A stretch of DNA of 64,000 nucleotides from Bacteroidales bacterium UBA6117 (lineage in GTDB: Bacteria > Bacteroidota > Bacteroidia > Bacteroidales > VadinHA17). Both the position numbers and the translations under genes were made by a program. Location of the stretch: positions 366 through 64,365 of the forward strand of contig DIWB01000003.1 of NCBI GenBank assembly GCA_002428385.1, given 5' to 3'. Below are positions 29,266 to 39,643 of this stretch, piece by piece (positions within the stretch are counted from its first letter, which is position 1; the number at the start of each line of letters is the position of its first letter). A model generated the notes under the pieces. The model searched no databases. It saw only the letters and a list, made by a program, of their open reading frames with translations, and had not been told where the DNA came from.

Positions 29266-30462
29266 ATGGCAAAGCTAACAATAGTTACCCTGCCCGGGGA
29301 CGGGATCGGTAATATAGTGATGAAGCAGGCTCTGAGAGTCCTTGATGCTTCCGGATTTGAAGCAGAATACATACATGGCGACATTGGCTGGGATCTTTGG
29401 TGCAGTGAGGGCAATCCTCTGCCGCAACGGACCCTCGATCTTATAAGCAAACACAGAATCGCGCTTTTTGGTGCCATTACCTCAAAGCCCAACGAAGAGG
29501 CAAGGGCCGAGCTCGCTCCCTCGTTACAGGATAAAGGTTATGTGTATTCAAGTCCGATAGTCGGGCTCAGACAGAAATTCAATCTCGATATCTGCGTCAG
29601 ACCCTGCAGGTCGTACACGGGGAACCCGCTGAACTTTATAAGAAGGGGAAGGGGAGGTGCAATCGAGGAACCTCTTGTTGACGTGGTGATATTCAGGCAG
29701 AATACCGAAGGTTTGTATTCGGGCGTGGAATGGACAAATCCTCCCGATCAGGTTCATCAGGCCCTTATGACTCATCCGAAATTCAGGGCCAATTATGGCA
29801 GCGTGCCTCCTGAGGAGCTGTCAATTTCGACAAGGATTTTTACAAGAAAAGCCACTCAGCGTATTCTGACTGCTGCCTTCGAACACGCTCAGAAATACGG
29901 ATACAAATCAGTGACCGTCTGCGAAAAACCAAATGTTATCAGGGAGACCTCCGGCCTTATGTGGAAGATGGCGAAGGAAACCCAGAAGAATTTCTACCCC
30001 GGAATTAAACTCCTCAATACAAATATTGACGCACAGATGATGTGGCTGACAAAAAATCCCGAGGACTACGGGGTGATTGTGGCCGGAAACATGTTTGGCG
30101 ACATAGTGTCGGACGCATTTGCAGGACTCATCGGCGGACTGGGCTTTGCATGCAGTGCACAGTTCTCTGAGGACGGAATTGCAGTATTTGAACCAACTCA
30201 CGGATCTGCCCCGAAATATGCGGGATTCGAAATTCCTATTGTCAACCCGATTGCAATGATTGAATCGGCATGCATGATGCTCGATTATCTTGAAGAAAAA
30301 GCCACAGCCGCCAGGATCAGAAAGGCAGTCGCCGAAACAATCCTTGAAGGAAAGACAAGAACATACGACATGATGAAGATGACCGGTTCTCCGGATGTGG
30401 TTAAGAAGGGTGCAGCATCGACCATAGAGATGGCAGATACCATTATCTCAAAACTAAAGTAA
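29266..30462 (+). CDS. Isocitrate/isopropylmalate dehydrogenase family protein
   Basis: Family signature NMFGDIVSDAFAGLIGGLG and N-terminus IVTLPGDGIG. Substrate specificity cannot be set by eye. Confidence 0.8.
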   Translation: MAKLTIVTLPGDGIGNIVMKQALRVLDASGFEAEYIHGDIGWDLWCSEGNPLPQRTLDLISKHRIALFGAITSKPNEEARAELAPSLQDKGYVYSSPIVGLRQKFNLDICVRPCRSYTGNPLNFIRRGRGGAIEEPLVDVVIFRQNTEGLYSGVEWTNPPDQVHQALMTHPKFRANYGSVPPEELSISTRIFTRKATQRILTAAFEHAQKYGYKSVTVCEKPNVIRETSGLMWKMAKETQKNFYPGIKLLNTNIDAQMMWLTKNPEDYGVIVAGNMFGDIVSDAFAGLIGGLGFACSAQFSEDGIAVFEPTHGSAPKYAGFEIPIVNPIAMIESACMMLDYLEEKATAARIRKAVAETILEGKTRTYDMMKMTGSPDVVKKGAASTIEMADTIISKLK

Positions 30463-30476
30463 CAAGGAGGCTGGAA

Positions 30477-31028
30477 ATGAACGACAAGGTAAAGAAACTA
30501 TGGCCCGAACTTGAATGGATCAAGGATGAGTCGTTGCGTGAAAAGACAGCCAGGACATGGGAAACAGCTCTTGAGAAAAGTGTTCTGAAGGAGGAGGATC
30601 TCGATCATATTCCTTTTACCCTGCTGTGCGGACCCGAAATGAAGGTGACTTTTATGGAGCATAAGCGATGCGTGGTTCATATTGCCAGGGATAGCGGGGA
30701 GAAGATGAATCTGTTTTTCGGCGATAACCTGAAGGTGAATATGGATGTGCTTATCTCAGGGGCAATACTTGCAGATGTCGGAAAACTTCTTGAGTATGAG
30801 ATTGATGAACACGGGAAAGCCATTCAGGGCCGGTACGGCCAGTACTTGCGTCATCCGTTCTCGGGGGTGTCACTGGCTGAAGAATGCGGTGTGCCGCCAG
30901 AGGTGTGTCATATAATTGCAGCGCATGCCCAAGAAGGCGATCTTGTGAAACGGACAACGGAGGCATGTATCGTGCATCATGCCGATTTTATGACTTTCCT
31001 TCCCTTCAAAAGCCGCCTGGTAGTCTGA
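30477..31028 (+). CDS. HD-domain-like protein with a degenerate HD dyad
   Basis: HKRCVVHIA ... GAILADVGKLL ... HIIAAHA ... VHHADF follows the HD phosphohydrolase layout, but AD stands where HD is expected. Starts 14 nt after the dehydrogenase gene. Confidence 0.55.
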   Translation: MNDKVKKLWPELEWIKDESLREKTARTWETALEKSVLKEEDLDHIPFTLLCGPEMKVTFMEHKRCVVHIARDSGEKMNLFFGDNLKVNMDVLISGAILADVGKLLEYEIDEHGKAIQGRYGQYLRHPFSGVSLAEECGVPPEVCHIIAAHAQEGDLVKRTTEACIVHHADFMTFLPFKSRLVV

Positions 31029-31045
31029 AAAAATGAGGTGGATTA

Positions 31046-32959
31046 TTAACCCAGTTTCATCTTCTCGATCTCTTCAAGGTTCCTCTCATTGCAGACATCC
31101 TTGGCATTGGGAGTGTACAGATAATCAATAAGTTCCTCATACCTGTCCATGATTTTGCCCCTGACGATCTTCATCGTTGAGTTCATCAGACCGTTTTCCT
31201 CATTGAATCCTTCATCGAGAATGCCGATAGCAACAGGAAGCCATCTCTGGGGGAACATATGGCCAAACTTCCCGTTTGTGCGATACTCATTCACTTCGTT
31301 CTCAAGGAGTGTCGCAACAGCTCTTCTCCCTTCGTCCGAATCGGCTGTCAGATTTTTCTCCTCCAGGTAAAATTTGAGAGCATACTGGTTAGGCACAACC
31401 AGGGCCACGGAATATGGCTTCTGATTGTTGTAAAGCATACACTGATCGATATACTTTGACTGTTCAGACATGGCTTCCTCAATTCCCTCCGGACTGAATT
31501 TCTCACCGTCGTCAGCAATAAGCAGGCTCTTGAATCGTCCGAGGACATAAAGGAATCCGTCAGGAGTCATGTAGCCCATGTCGCCAGTGTACAGCCAGCC
31601 GTCCTTTATCGTTTCTTTTGTAGCCGCCTCATTCTTCCAGTAACCGTGCATGACATTCCCGCCCCTGATTACTATTTCTCCTTTTTCTCCGACAGGGAGT
31701 TCCCGGCCTTCATCGTCGCAGATCCTGAGTTCCATATTGCTTACTATGGCACCTGAAGAACCAAGTTTATGCCTTGCTGCTGAATTCGACGAAATGACAG
31801 GCGAGGCTTCGCTTAATCCGTAACCCTGATACATGGGTACTCCAAGCGCATAGAAGAATCTCTGGAGTTCGATCTCGAGCAGGGCTCCTCCGCCGATGAA
31901 ATAATCAAGCTCGCCGCCAAAACTCTCTCTTATCTTCCTGAACAGGATCTTGTCATAAAGGTCGATTAGCGGTTTTTTCAGTTTCTGCAAGCCGCGCCCC
32001 TTGTTCCATCCTTCCTTGTTGTATGAATAGGATATCTTCATGGCATGATTGAAAAGAAGCTCAGTCAGTTTGCCCTTCTCCTTGATGCCCTTTTCTATAC
32101 TCTTCCTGAAATTCTTGGCTATTGCGGGGACACTCATAAGCAGATTTGGCTTGATCTCCTTCAGGCAGACCGGCATATTCCTGAGTGTTTCCAAAGGGGT
32201 CTTCCCGGTTTTCACCGACGCCACGCTGGCACCCTTGCCCATGAATGCATAAATAGCTGCGGTATGTCCGAATGAATGATCCCACGGAAGGATAAGCAGT
32301 GTTTTGTAGAATGAGGGAATGTCCATCAGACTGTATGACTGGTACACGTTGGTCACATAGTTGCTGTGGGTTAGAATGATACCCTTGGGATCGGCTGTGG
32401 TGCCCGAAGTATAGCAGATATTTGCAAAATCGGATGGTTTAATAGCTGAATAAAGCTCCTTGAATTTGTTTTTGTTCGCCGGTATTTCAAGCCACTCCCT
32501 TCCTGCCTTCCTGACCTCATTGAAATGGATTTCATTATTTTCATACTCCTCCTGGGTGTCGAAGTGGACAATCTTTTCGATGGTAAGACAGTCCTTAATC
32601 ACTGTTTTCAATTTCGCTGCCTGTATCGAGGAGGCCAGAACCATTCTTGATTCGGAATGATTTATCCGGAACTTGATCTCTTCATGATTGAGTTTTACCG
32701 AGAGGGGTACGTTGACAGCGCCGGCATAAAGAATCCCAAGTTCACCGATAACCCAGTTGTTGCGGCCTTCAGAGATAATACTCAGCCTGTCGCCCGGTTT
32801 GATGCCCATTGTGATGAGGCCGGCAGCAAACTCATATACCTGTTTCCTCGTTTCACCATAGGTGGTTCCTTCGTACTTTTCCTGAGGCTTTTCCCACAGA
32901 TAAACATTGCTTTCATACTTTTCAACACTCTCTTCGAAGAACTGAATTATTGATTTCAT
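31046..32959 (-). CDS. Long-chain acyl-CoA synthetase (AMP-forming)
   Basis: AMP-binding motif ICYTSGTTADPKGI, QGYGLSE, YTGDMGY. 637 aa. Confidence 0.85.
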   Translation of the reverse strand: MKSIIQFFEESVEKYESNVYLWEKPQEKYEGTTYGETRKQVYEFAAGLITMGIKPGDRLSIISEGRNNWVIGELGILYAGAVNVPLSVKLNHEEIKFRINHSESRMVLASSIQAAKLKTVIKDCLTIEKIVHFDTQEEYENNEIHFNEVRKAGREWLEIPANKNKFKELYSAIKPSDFANICYTSGTTADPKGIILTHSNYVTNVYQSYSLMDIPSFYKTLLILPWDHSFGHTAAIYAFMGKGASVASVKTGKTPLETLRNMPVCLKEIKPNLLMSVPAIAKNFRKSIEKGIKEKGKLTELLFNHAMKISYSYNKEGWNKGRGLQKLKKPLIDLYDKILFRKIRESFGGELDYFIGGGALLEIELQRFFYALGVPMYQGYGLSEASPVISSNSAARHKLGSSGAIVSNMELRICDDEGRELPVGEKGEIVIRGGNVMHGYWKNEAATKETIKDGWLYTGDMGYMTPDGFLYVLGRFKSLLIADDGEKFSPEGIEEAMSEQSKYIDQCMLYNNQKPYSVALVVPNQYALKFYLEEKNLTADSDEGRRAVATLLENEVNEYRTNGKFGHMFPQRWLPVAIGILDEGFNEENGLMNSTMKIVRGKIMDRYEELIDYLYTPNAKDVCNERNLEEIEKMKLG

Positions 32960-33100
32960 CAGGCAATTAGATTATATTAACGTAACTAAATATGTAATTA
33001 CATCGTAATTACTATGTTAGGGGGTGGAATTTCCGGAGCCTAATATACAAAAACCTTTTAAATCAATTATTGTTTGTGCAATTGTAAAAACGTTTTATCC

Positions 33101-33132
33101 TTTGGATTGGTTTTCAATATTTTGTACTTTTG
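33101..33132 (+). promoter_or_regulatory. Candidate promoter for the SPOR lipoprotein gene
   Basis: TTTG (33101..33104), 20 nt, then TACTTTTG (33125..33132). A perfect 7-bp stem hairpin GAGGCTC-atgatc-GAGCCTC (33139..33158) would sit at the 5' end of the transcript. Confidence 0.45.
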
Positions 33133-33181
33133 AAAGGAGAGGCTCATGATCGAGCCTCAAAAAACCTCTTAAAATCCAACC

Positions 33182-33655
33182 ATGAAGCATTATGCGATAG
33201 TTTTTCTGGCGATGTTGCTGATACTGCCTGTTTCCTGCAAGAAAATAAGGGAAGGGGGGCTGTTCGGAAAGAAGGCTAAAACACTGGAGATGCTGCTTGC
33301 CCAGCAGGACAGCATCAGGGTGGCTGATTCCATAAAAAGGGTTGAAAACCGGTTAAGGGCTATTGAGGAAGCAAGACTTGACAGCCTGATAAGGGCAGAA
33401 CAGGAAAAGGCCACATATGAAGCCCGCCAGAAATACAATATTGTGGTCGGCAGTTTTATTACGCCGGAATATGCCCTTGCATGGGCAGAAGAATACAGGA
33501 AGATGGGTTACGATCCGCAGATAATCCGCATTACTGACAGCCGGTTTGAACTTGTTGTTGCGGAATCGCATGAACAGTATTTAAGGGCTTTCAGGAGGCT
33601 TGAACAGTTCCGCGACACCGTTGAGATCGATGCCTGGCTGTATGTGAGGAGGTAA
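33182..33655 (+). CDS. SPOR-domain lipoprotein
   Basis: Lipobox LILPVSC, a coiled-coil-like linker, and a C-terminal YNIVVGSFITPEYALAWAEEYRKMGYDPQIIRI...FELVV typical of SPOR domains. Confidence 0.65.
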   Translation: MKHYAIVFLAMLLILPVSCKKIREGGLFGKKAKTLEMLLAQQDSIRVADSIKRVENRLRAIEEARLDSLIRAEQEKATYEARQKYNIVVGSFITPEYALAWAEEYRKMGYDPQIIRITDSRFELVVAESHEQYLRAFRRLEQFRDTVEIDAWLYVRR

Positions 33656-33662
33656 ACGGAAG

Positions 33663-34931
<1,269 letters not shown>

Positions 34932-35230
34932 TCAGGATTTATAAAACAGTTTCGAAGTTACAAAATAATCCGGCCTGCAATCACGTTGATAATATTATGT
35001 TGATAACTGAAAGGGAAATTCTCAGCTGTCGGAGGCAGTGTGGCATTCGGAAGACAATGGATTTTCAGGAAGGGATTTGTTATTGACTTCTTCTTCGGCG
35101 GCCACTACACTGACGGGAGTGTTGATATTCAGCAGGGTGGTGAGCCTGAAGATGTAACTAAAATTGAAGGTTTTAAAACCAGGGTGGGTCTTGCGGTTGG
35201 TTTCCCATTTTAAGATCAATAGTCTGCAAC

Positions 35231-35258
35231 AAAAAGGGGATTAGTCAATCCCCTTTTT
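35231..35258 (-). terminator. Rho-independent terminator of fur
   Basis: AAAAAGGGGATT-agtc-AATCCCCTTTTT perfect 12-bp arms spanning the fur stop codon. On the minus-strand RNA the GC core is followed by UUUUU. Confidence 0.7.
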
Positions 35259-35706
35259 GTTTTTTCACGGGTCTGTCCAGGTTGCCGTAGATGTAGAGGG
35301 AGTGATACATTGGAGTGAATCCGTGCATGCCGCATGCTGTCCGGATGATCTGCTGAATTCTGGGATCACAGAATTCTATTACCTTGCCAGTCTCTAAATC
35401 GATCAGATGGTCGTGCTGACCACACTGGTAGGCCCGTTCATACTGGGCAATGTTTTTCCCGAACTGGTGCTTTATTACAAGATTGCAGTCGAGGAGCAGT
35501 TCAATTGTATTGTAAATTGTGGCCCTGCTGACTCTGTAATTCTTGTTCTTCATGAAGATGTAAAGCGATTCCACGTCGAAGTGCCCGGTTCTTGAATAAA
35601 TCTCATCAAGAATTGCGAATCTTTCGGGTGTCTTCCTGTGACCCTTCTTTTCCAGATATTCGGTAAATATCTGCTTTACTGTAGATCTGGTATCATTTTC
35701 AGCCAT
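35245..35706 (-). CDS. fur: Fur-family transcriptional regulator
   Basis: 153 aa. Winged-helix N-domain ([15 protein letters not shown]...[13 protein letters not shown]) and a dimerisation domain with HDHLIDL. The Fur/Zur/PerR subtype is not resolvable. Confidence 0.85.
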   Translation of the reverse strand: MAENDTRSTVKQIFTEYLEKKGHRKTPERFAILDEIYSRTGHFDVESLYIFMKNKNYRVSRATIYNTIELLLDCNLVIKHQFGKNIAQYERAYQCGQHDHLIDLETGKVIEFCDPRIQQIIRTACGMHGFTPMYHSLYIYGNLDRPVKKQKGD

Positions 35707-35776
35707 TTAAGATCCGGTTTTTCTGGTCATTTAATAATCGTTCCGGGATAGCTTGATGATTATTTCTTCGTAATCA

Positions 35777-38029
35777 TCAGGAAAAATCCTCAACACGACT
35801 GATTGTGTCAATTCCTTTCACATTCGACAACTTCAGTATGAGGTTATTGAGATCCTGGGTGTGATGGACATAAAGATCGATCGTTCCCTCGAAAATACCT
35901 TCCCTGACGTTGAAATTTATATTGGTCATATTGACTTTCAGCTCTGAAGAAATAATATTTGTCAGGTCGTTTACCAGTCCGATCCTGTCGACCCCGCTTA
36001 CCTTTATTCGCGCGAGGAAGGAGACAAGTTTGTGAATTGCCCACCTGACCGGCAGAATCCTGTTACCCTCGTTTGACATTATTCTGATTGCTGCAGGACA
36101 TTTGGGCTTATGAATTACTATCGACCCCTGTGGTGAGTGATACCCGATAACTTCATCGCCCGGAATAGGATTGCAGCATTTTGCTATTTCGTACGACTGA
36201 CCGGCATTTTCGATGTTTTCCCTCAGTAGGAAAGGCGCTGACGGGTCAATCCAGCCTGTAATCGTCTCATCTTCTTCTTCCTTTTTGTCTTTTTTCGGCC
36301 CAAGGAGCTTAAGCTCCCAGTATTTTATTACATTTTTTGCAGGCGACTTCCTGATAACCTTTTTAAGGTTGTCGGGGTTTATTGTTCCCAGCTCTATTCC
36401 CGAATAGAGTTCATCTTTATTCGGTAAATCATAGGCTTGCATCAGCTTTTTCAGTATCTCGGTGTTCGGTGTGACTCCTATTTCGGCAAGTTTCATCTCG
36501 AGAATTTCCATACCTTTCTGGATCCTGTTGGTCGATTCGGCCCTGAGCACACTTTTTATAGCTTCCTTTGCCTTTGAGGTGGTAACGTACGAAAGCCATT
36601 CTCTTTCAGGCTTGGCAATGTCAGAAGTGATAATCTCCACCTGGTCGCCGCTCATAAGCACTGTGCTGATCGGATTCAGTTTATGGTTGATCTTGGCGCC
36701 AATGGCTTTGTTACCTATTTCGGTATGGATTTCGTAAGCAAAATCGAGGGCTGATGCTCCTTTTGGCAGGCTGACAAGGGTTCCTTTTGGAGTGAAGACC
36801 ATTATTTCGGAAGAAAAAAGGTTCATCTTGAACTCGTCAAGGAATTCAATCGGATTCTCCAGCGGATTCTCAAGCATCGATCTGATTTTCTTGATCCACT
36901 TGTCGAGCTCAGTCTCGGGTGTGTTGTCCCCCTTATACTTATAGTGGGCTGCATATCCTCTCTCAGCTATTTCATCCATGCGCCTGCTACGTATCTGGAC
37001 CTCAACCCAGTGGCCTTCAGGACCCATGACTGTTACATGAAGCGCCTCGTAGCCGTTGGGCTTCGGCCTGCTCACCCAGTCGCGCAGCCTGTCGGGCTTT
37101 GGAAGATAGGTGTCAGTGATTACTGAATAAATGTTCCAACAGGTTGTCTTTTCGGGTATCCCGGGCATAGGGTCAAACACAATTCTGACAGCCAGTACAT
37201 CGTAAACTTCTTCGAACGGCACATTCTTAGCCTGCATTTTTGTCCAGATCGAGAATATCGATTTCGGACGACCGCTTATTTCGAAGTTTAGACCTGATTC
37301 ATTGAGCTTGTTTATGATGGGGAAACTGAATTTATTGATGAGTGCGTGATATTTTTTCTCTCCAAGCTTCATTTTGGAGGATATCTCATCATATATCGCC
37401 GGCTGCCGGTATTTGAAACTGAGGTCCTCAAGCTCACTTTTTATGGCATACAGACCTATCCTGTTTGCAAGCGGAGCGTACAGGAAGATGGTCTCGCCGG
37501 CCACCTTCATCTTTTTGTGTTCGGGCATCGATTCAAGAGTCCGCATGTTATGAAGCCTGTCGGCTATCTTGATAAGAATTACCCTCAGATCGTCCGACAG
37601 GGTCAGAAGCATTCTGCGGAAGTTCTCTGCCTGAAGCGATGATGAAGTGCCCTTGTCGTATGTGGTGCTCGATATTTTGGTAAGACCGTCAATCAGCGAG
37701 GCTATCTTCGGTCCGAAATCCCTGTTAACTTCTTCCAGAGTGTAGTCGGTGTCCTCAACGGCGTCGTGAAGGAGGGCTGTGGCAATCGAACGGGCACCAA
37801 GACCTATTTCCTGGTTAACTATTTTTGAAACGGCTATCGGGTGGAGAATATAAGGTTCACCCGATTTGCGGCGAAGATTCCAGTGAGCCTTGTTGGAGAT
37901 ATTGAATGCCTTTTCAATAAGTTCGCGGTCGCCCGGCTCCCTGCACCTTACCATATTGTTAATCAGGGAATCGTATTCGGATTGAATAAGCTTTATGTCC
38001 TCCTCGTCAAATATATCCTTACTGCCCAT
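35777..38029 (-). CDS. relA: Bifunctional (p)ppGpp synthetase/hydrolase, RelA/SpoT family
   Basis: HD hydrolase motif LLHDAVEDT, synthetase core (IFSIWTKM, RIVF..., DWVSRPKPNGYEALH), then TGS and C-terminal ACT-like regions. 750 aa. Confidence 0.95.
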   Translation of the reverse strand: MGSKDIFDEEDIKLIQSEYDSLINNMVRCREPGDRELIEKAFNISNKAHWNLRRKSGEPYILHPIAVSKIVNQEIGLGARSIATALLHDAVEDTDYTLEEVNRDFGPKIASLIDGLTKISSTTYDKGTSSSLQAENFRRMLLTLSDDLRVILIKIADRLHNMRTLESMPEHKKMKVAGETIFLYAPLANRIGLYAIKSELEDLSFKYRQPAIYDEISSKMKLGEKKYHALINKFSFPIINKLNESGLNFEISGRPKSIFSIWTKMQAKNVPFEEVYDVLAVRIVFDPMPGIPEKTTCWNIYSVITDTYLPKPDRLRDWVSRPKPNGYEALHVTVMGPEGHWVEVQIRSRRMDEIAERGYAAHYKYKGDNTPETELDKWIKKIRSMLENPLENPIEFLDEFKMNLFSSEIMVFTPKGTLVSLPKGASALDFAYEIHTEIGNKAIGAKINHKLNPISTVLMSGDQVEIITSDIAKPEREWLSYVTTSKAKEAIKSVLRAESTNRIQKGMEILEMKLAEIGVTPNTEILKKLMQAYDLPNKDELYSGIELGTINPDNLKKVIRKSPAKNVIKYWELKLLGPKKDKKEEEDETITGWIDPSAPFLLRENIENAGQSYEIAKCCNPIPGDEVIGYHSPQGSIVIHKPKCPAAIRIMSNEGNRILPVRWAIHKLVSFLARIKVSGVDRIGLVNDLTNIISSELKVNMTNINFNVREGIFEGTIDLYVHHTQDLNNLILKLSNVKGIDTISRVEDFS

Positions 38030-38158
38030 AAAAAATCATTGTGTTCTTTTCTGCCAGATACAAAGATAACGTAATTGAGCTAAAATTGAAACTCTCATAT
38101 GATTTGTAGCAGGCCGGAAGTCAATGTATATTGCATCATTCAGACAATGCCTGATCTG

Positions 38159-39643
38159 TTATCTCCTAACAATTGTCAGTGTGCCGGTACGGTCAATAAT
38201 CTTTCCGGAAGAAGTAGTCATCCGGAGGTACCACATTACCACTCCCTGAGGGGCCGGAGATCCTCCTGCCGTTCCATCCCATGATTCGGTGTAATCGCGG
38301 GTCTCAAAAAGGGTGTCGCGCCGCCTGTCGGCTATTATCAGCCTGTATTCTGAAGGTGTGAAAGTTATTACCGGCCTGAAGAAATCATTTATCCCGTCGC
38401 CGTCGGGAGTGAAAATATTGGGAACAGTAACAACTTCCTCAATTGTCGTGCAAACTATCCCTGAAAAGGCTTCTCCTGTTATTCCGAAAGGATTATCCGT
38501 TTCGTCAGCCCTGATCCTGAAACAGATCTCCTCTTTATTAAGTTCATACATAATATCCGGGATGCTTACAGAAAAAATGGTGTCGGCCGATCCGGTAGTG
38601 GCTTCAGATTCAAAACCGTTTCCCTTGTCGGCAAGAATGGTGTATGAAGAAACGGATCCGCGCCACTGACGGTACCTGTTCCATTTCAGTATTATCTCGT
38701 TGCCTGTATTTGTAAGTGTCAGATGAAGGTTGGATGCCGTATTGGAGGTAGCTGCGTTTTGTTTGCAGATGACTGCGGAAAGCCGGTAGAAATATATTTC
38801 ATCAGGGCTGGCTGACCTGTCGGTATAGGCAAGCGGCTTCATGTCGTTACCGGTGAACTGGCTTATCTGTTGAAACGGTCCTGAAAATCCTGATCTTCTC
38901 TCAAGGGCGAATGTGTCGATATCAGATAACGGATCAATATGGAATGAGAGTTCTATTTCATCATCATCCGTAACCGTTGCATAATCGGCATTTATCCATT
39001 GCGGGGGAGTTGTAAGGCTGGCAACGGCTGAGGTAAGGTTGGATGAGGAGGATTGTCCGTTCTCAAGAACAGCCTTTATTATAAAATCATATCTGCTGCC
39101 GTCAGTTATATTGTCGAGGCTGAATGCGGTTTCTTCACTTCCTGCCTGCCCGGCAAGTAAAAAAGGCCCCCCGTTTTCCGATGCCATGATTTCATATCGC
39201 ACTACCTCATAGGGATAAGATTGATACTTGCTCCACGTAATCTTAATAATGTTATTGCAGGGATCGGGACTTGCCTTGGCATGAATGGTGCACAACCCGT
39301 TTGAGAGCCGGCTTATGTTCCTTGCGTTATCAAATGCCGCAATGACATAACATTCAGGCCTTTCGTCGGCGTATAGGTTCAGGAAGGAGTAGCTTGTTGC
39401 TGAAGGATTGAATACGGAATCGATAATATACCCTTCTCCGTTCCTGAAATTATAAAGAGCATATCCTGCCAGGTCGGGTTCGGTATTTGCAGTCCAAAAC
39501 AACTCTGTAAAACCGTTCTCCTGATTTATGGATGTCAGCAACAGAGTCGGGGCTGCAGGTTGTTCCTCATCGGTCTGCCCGTTTGACGGCAAAACCCCAA
39601 GTGATATAAGAATAATCAGGATGTATGTGAGCTTTTTATTCAT
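38159..39643 (-). CDS. Secreted Fn3-like repeat protein with a T9SS type-B (gliding-motility-associated) C-terminal domain
   Basis: Signal peptide and a C-terminal VPNIFTPDGDGINDFFRPV... motif. Its ATG overlaps the upstream M16 stop by 1 nt (TGATG). Confidence 0.8.
   Translation of the reverse strand: MNKKLTYILIILISLGVLPSNGQTDEEQPAAPTLLLTSINQENGFTELFWTANTEPDLAGYALYNFRNGEGYIIDSVFNPSATSYSFLNLYADERPECYVIAAFDNARNISRLSNGLCTIHAKASPDPCNNIIKITWSKYQSYPYEVVRYEIMASENGGPFLLAGQAGSEETAFSLDNITDGSRYDFIIKAVLENGQSSSSNLTSAVASLTTPPQWINADYATVTDDDEIELSFHIDPLSDIDTFALERRSGFSGPFQQISQFTGNDMKPLAYTDRSASPDEIYFYRLSAVICKQNAATSNTASNLHLTLTNTGNEIILKWNRYRQWRGSVSSYTILADKGNGFESEATTGSADTIFSVSIPDIMYELNKEEICFRIRADETDNPFGITGEAFSGIVCTTIEEVVTVPNIFTPDGDGINDFFRPVITFTPSEYRLIIADRRRDTLFETRDYTESWDGTAGGSPAPQGVVMWYLRMTTSSGKIIDRTGTLTIVRR

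Noticed and set aside
33139-33158. Perfect hairpin GAGGCTC-atgatc-GAGCCTC as a terminator
   Set aside because: It is followed by an A-run, not a T-run, on the plus strand, and no gene ends upstream of it on either strand. It is more likely a 5'-leader stem of the SPOR gene transcript. Recorded under the promoter feature only.
35022-35219. 65-aa minus-strand ORF in the fur-purA spacer
   Set aside because: No motif, no obvious start context, and it begins inside the region downstream of the fur terminator. The opposite strand shows a more protein-like (OMP C-terminal) open frame. Neither is confidently coding.
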